DNA of 27,243 nt from an uncultured Pseudomonadota bacterium (lineage in GTDB: Bacteria > Myxococcota_A > Polyangia > Fen-1088): positions 1 through 27,243 of the forward strand of contig CAWKBC010000026.1 of assembly GCA_963847705.1 (NCBI GenBank), in the 5' to 3' direction. The notes beneath the pieces were generated by a model. That model did not search any database. It saw nothing but the letters and a program-made list of their open reading frames with translations, and was not told where the DNA came from. Positions 23,890 to 27,243 of this stretch are shown piece by piece (the stretch's first letter is position 1; the number at the start of each line of letters is the position of its first letter). The translations under genes were made by a program, and so were the position numbers.

Positions 23890-23903
23890 GAGCCGAAAGG
23901 CTC
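23890..23903 (+). other. GNRA-tetraloop hairpin after flp2 (likely transcript-stabilising)
   Basis: gagcc-GAAA-ggctc directly after the stop codon, with no U-tail. Confidence 0.5.
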
Positions 23904-23941
23904 CGACGGCGGGGATCTCGGCCGCGTCCGTCAGAGAACTG

Positions 23942-24454
23942 ATGCCGCTTCCGCTCCTCCACCTCGGGCCTTTGGCGCTCGGGCTCGCCGTCGCCATCCT
24001 GTGTGATCTCGGATGGCGACGGATCCCCAATGCCATCTCGGGCTTCGTGTTCCTCTCAGCGCTCGTGTTGCGTGGGCACGACCAAGGTGGTTGGGCCGCA
24101 TGTTCGGGGGTGGGCGCGGCGGCGCTGGTCGTCGCCGCGCTCTATCGCCCCTGGCTGATGGGGGGAATCGGAGGCGGCGACGTGAAGTTGGCCGCCGCGA
24201 CCGCCGCCTGGGTGCCGTTCGCACGCCTGCCGTGGTTCGTCCTCTCGGGCGCGCTGGCCGGCGGGTTCTTTGCAGCCATCTACTACGTCCGGGCACGCGC
24301 CGAGACCAAGGCGGAGATCCGCGCCAACCTGACGTTGGCGGCCCTTCAGAACGAGCTTCCCTCCGTCCCCTCGCATCGGGCCGGCCACCTGTCGCTTCCC
24401 TATTCCCTGGCGATCGCAGCTGGTGCTTCAGCTGTGTTTCTTCTCATCCCGTGA
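23942..24454 (+). CDS. cpaA: Flp prepilin peptidase (A24 family, CpaA/TadV)
   Basis: CDLGWRRIPN, GGIGGGDVKL and LPYSLAIAAG motifs; polytopic membrane protein; follows the flp genes. Confidence 0.93.
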   Translation: MPLPLLHLGPLALGLAVAILCDLGWRRIPNAISGFVFLSALVLRGHDQGGWAACSGVGAAALVVAALYRPWLMGGIGGGDVKLAAATAAWVPFARLPWFVLSGALAGGFFAAIYYVRARAETKAEIRANLTLAALQNELPSVPSHRAGHLSLPYSLAIAAGASAVFLLIP

Positions 24455-24743
24455 TTCTCTGATGATCACCTCTCGATCATCGCTCGACCATTTCGCTCGA
24501 CCACCTCGCCGGTCGTGCTCGCAGGCGGCTCCAGCGAAAAAATTGGCGCTCTCGCGAACGACACGCGCTTGATGCTTTCCGTCAATCATGCGAACTTGCA
24601 CAGTGAGGCGCGATCCGTTCGCACTGCTCGTGGCAGCATCTCATCTCACCATCTCAACTCTACGGCGCAGTTCGTCGATGATCCGTTTTATGCTCTGCGC
24701 GCGTCCAGACGCGGTGACCCTGGAAGCCTTCTTTTTCTAGGAG

Positions 24744-25733
24744 ATGCCCTTGGCGATCAATGAATCAATGGGACCCGGTCGGCTGCGCGCAGCGGCTGGT
24801 GCCTCGCGTCGCTCGGGCACGCGCGCGGCGCTCTTCTGGGCCTTTGCTCTGGTCGCCGGATTGGCCACCGCGCTCTTCATCTCGCGCTATCTCAACACCC
24901 GACAGGCTGGCAGCGCGGTGCCGATGGCCAAGATCGTCGTCGCCGCGATGGACATGCCGCTCGCCGGCAAGATTCGCCCCGAAGATCTGAAGCTCTCCGA
25001 ATGGCCGGCCGAGCACCTCCCGCTGGGGGCGGTGCGCGATCCCAAGGAGGTCGTCGATCGCATTCTGATTTCCCGCGTGCTCGCCGGCCAGCCGGTGTTG
25101 CCGGGGATGCTGGCCGCGAAGAACGCGGGGAACGGGCTGGCGGCGCTCATCCCGCCCAACATGCGGGCGATGGCCGTCCGGGTCGACGACGTCGTCGGCG
25201 TGGCCGGTTTCATTCATCCCGACGATCGGGTCGACGTGCTCGTGACCTTGCACCCGAGTCGCCCCGGCGCGGAGACGGTCACCAAGGTGTTCATGCAGAA
25301 CGTCAAGGTGCTCGCGGTCGGTCAGGAGGTCGAGGCGAACGATCAGGCCCGCATGCACGCGAACCCGGCGACGGTTGCCACGCTGCTGGTCTCGCCCCAG
25401 GACTCTGAACGCCTGGCGCTCGCTTCGGCCGAGGGACGGTTGTTGCTGACCCTGCGGAGCTGGACCGACTCGCTCCCCGTCAACACGGGCGGTGCGGTGG
25501 CGGAGGAGCTGGTGGGAGACCCGACGGCGGCGACCGGGCCGGCCAAGCCGGCGGACGCGGCGGGCCCGCATCCCGCAGGGCCGGTCCCCACCCGGCGCGG
25601 GCGGGGAAAGCAGGTCGCCGCTGCTCAGCCGTCGCCCGTTCTCCCGAGCGAGCAGCCGAAGAGGGACGTCGTGGAAATTCTTCGCGGTGACCGGTTCGAA
25701 CAGCGCAACTTCTCGAAGGGAGATAGTCGCTAG
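24744..25733 (+). CDS. cpaB: Flp pilus assembly protein CpaB/RcpC
   Basis: N-terminal TM helix, SAF domain (IVVAAMDMP), MRAMAVRVDDVVGVAGFIHPDDRVDVL, QNVKVLAVGQ and ATLLVSP. Exact start is uncertain (ATG 24744, TTG 24750 or ATG 24768). Confidence 0.96.
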   Translation: MPLAINESMGPGRLRAAAGASRRSGTRAALFWAFALVAGLATALFISRYLNTRQAGSAVPMAKIVVAAMDMPLAGKIRPEDLKLSEWPAEHLPLGAVRDPKEVVDRILISRVLAGQPVLPGMLAAKNAGNGLAALIPPNMRAMAVRVDDVVGVAGFIHPDDRVDVLVTLHPSRPGAETVTKVFMQNVKVLAVGQEVEANDQARMHANPATVATLLVSPQDSERLALASAEGRLLLTLRSWTDSLPVNTGGAVAEELVGDPTAATGPAKPADAAGPHPAGPVPTRRGRGKQVAAAQPSPVLPSEQPKRDVVEILRGDRFEQRNFSKGDSR

Positions 25734-27224
25734 TGAAGACGCGGTCTGCTGTCGTCGCAGCGTCGTTGTCATTGATCGTGTTGAGCGGAGCGAGCGGCGC
25801 CGTTGCTGCCGCCGCGGATTCCGGGCTGAGCGCGGTCCCGGCCATCCGGATCGAGCGGGAGGTCGGCGCGGTCAGAAACCTCGCGCTCGAGACCGGCCAG
25901 AACCGCCTCCTGATCCTGACCGAGCCGATCGGTCGCGTCTCCGTCGCCGATCCACGCGTGGCCGACCTCAAGGTCATCACGCCGGTGCAGCTCCTGCTGA
26001 CCTCGCGTGGCGTGGGGACGACCGACCTGACGCTCTGGAACAAGCGCGACGAGCCCCTGGTGCTGGCGCTGCAGGTGACGCGCAACCTGGACCGGCTGAA
26101 GAGTCAGCTCGCAGAGCTGTTTCCCGAGGAAAAAATCACCGTCTCGACGGCCGGCGATCTGGTCGTCCTGTCCGGTGAGGTCTCCGACGTTCGCGTTCCC
26201 GAGCGGGCGGCCGAGGTGGCCCAGCTCCACGCCGAGAAGGTGGCGAACCTGATCAAGGTGGTGGGCAACCAGCAGGTGCAACTGGAGGTGAAGTTCGCCG
26301 AGGTCTCGCGCGCGGGTCTGCGCAACCTGGGCATCAACTTTTTCCACCAGGACGCGGGGGGCCGCTACCTCGCCGGCATCACCAACCCCGGTCAGGCGAT
26401 CGACGGATTTACCAGCGTCCCGGGGACGGGCGGCGCCGCGACGCCCGGGATTCAGGGCTCGCCCGGCACTGGGTTTTCTCTCTTCTTCTCGGGCCTCCCC
26501 AGCTTTCCGTTCAGCGCCGTCTTGAACGTCCTCGAACAGAGCGGCCTGGCCAAGATGCTGGCCGAGCCGACGCTGGTGGCGCTGTCCGGACAGGAGGCCA
26601 AGTTCCTGGTCGGCGGAGAGTTTCCCGTCCCGATCGCCAGCAGCCTGGGCGCCATCTCCGTGCTGTGGAAGAAGTTCGGCATCATCCTGAACTTCACCCC
26701 CACCGTGATCTCCGACGGCGCGCTTCACCTCAAGCTCTCCACCGAGGTCAGCGACGTCGATCCCACCCGGTCGGTCACCATCAGCGGCGTCTCGATTCCG
26801 GGTCTCACCTCGCGGCAGAGCGAAACGACGGTCCGGCTGGCCGACGGGCAGAGCTTCGCGATCGCCGGCCTGCTCTCGGACAAGATTCAGTCGACGGTCA
26901 GCAAGATTCCCCTGCTGGGCGACATTCCGATCCTGGGGATGTTGTTCCGCTCGGTCAGCTACCAACGCAATGAGACTGAGCTGCTGGTGGTGGTCACGGC
27001 GCACCTGGCCAAGCCGGTGGCGCCGCACGAGGCCCCCCACCTGCCGACCGAGAACGAGCTCAATGACCCGAACGACATCCAGTTGTTCCTCTTTGGCAGC
27101 GTCGGGGGGGGGGCATCCCGGCGACGCCAGCGGTACAATGAACCAGTCGGCGCGTGAGGACGCGCCGGTGCGGACGGCTTCGAAGGATCGGGGACCATCC
27201 GGCGAGATCGGGTTCATCCGCTGA
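25733..27224 (+). CDS. cpaC: Tad secretin CpaC/RcpA; true C-terminus probably reached across a frameshift at G10 (27104-27113)
   Basis: VSVADPRVAD, BON-like segment, QQVQLEVKFAEVSR, LAEPTLVALSGQEAKFLVGGEFPVP, KIPLLGDIPILGMLFRS and ETELLVVVT. As sequenced it stops at 27157; with G9 it ends ...RGPSGEIGFIR at 27224, resembling CpaC-type termini. Confidence 0.93.
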
Positions 27225-27243
27225 GGCGCAGATCAGACGAAGG

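Noticed and set aside
24515-24763. 82-aa ORF between cpaA and cpaB
   Set aside because: No RBS, atypical codon usage and no TadE or pilin motif. More likely promoter-containing intergenic DNA; it also has a minor 11-bp direct repeat at 24480-24503.

Overview
GC-rich bacterial DNA, most likely Myxococcota (Polyangia/Sorangium-like). This is inferred from the many lipoproteins with Gly-Thr-Gly-Gly (GTGG) linkers, an MrpC-like Crp regulator and Cys-rich lipoproteins. The first ~9.7 kb is a cellulose-utilisation cluster: the 3' end of a probable GH94 cellobiose phosphorylase, a GH8 endoglucanase, a CBM4-Ig-GH9 cellulase and five non-catalytic lipoproteins. The five are two stand-alone CBM3s, one Cys-rich domain resembling CBM64, and two related beta-sandwich domains resembling CBM11. 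Every complete gene in the cluster encodes a lipoprotein on a low-complexity tether, with no cohesin, dockerin or SusC/D, which suggests a lipid-anchored, cellulosome-free surface system. The middle is mostly housekeeping: two hypothetical secreted proteins, a cN-II 5'-nucleotidase, nadE, leuB, an RRM protein, a Crp/MrpC-like regulator, a NatA/NatB-CPBP ABC system and two Cys-rich lipoproteins. The right end is the start of a Tad/Flp pilus locus (flp, flp, cpaA, cpaB, cpaC/rcpA). Several single-base frameshifts (vapC relic, leuB, ABC ATPase, rcpA poly-G) suggest uncorrected indel errors, although the rcpA G10 tract could be a real slippage site. All family calls come from motif recognition by eye; no database search was run.
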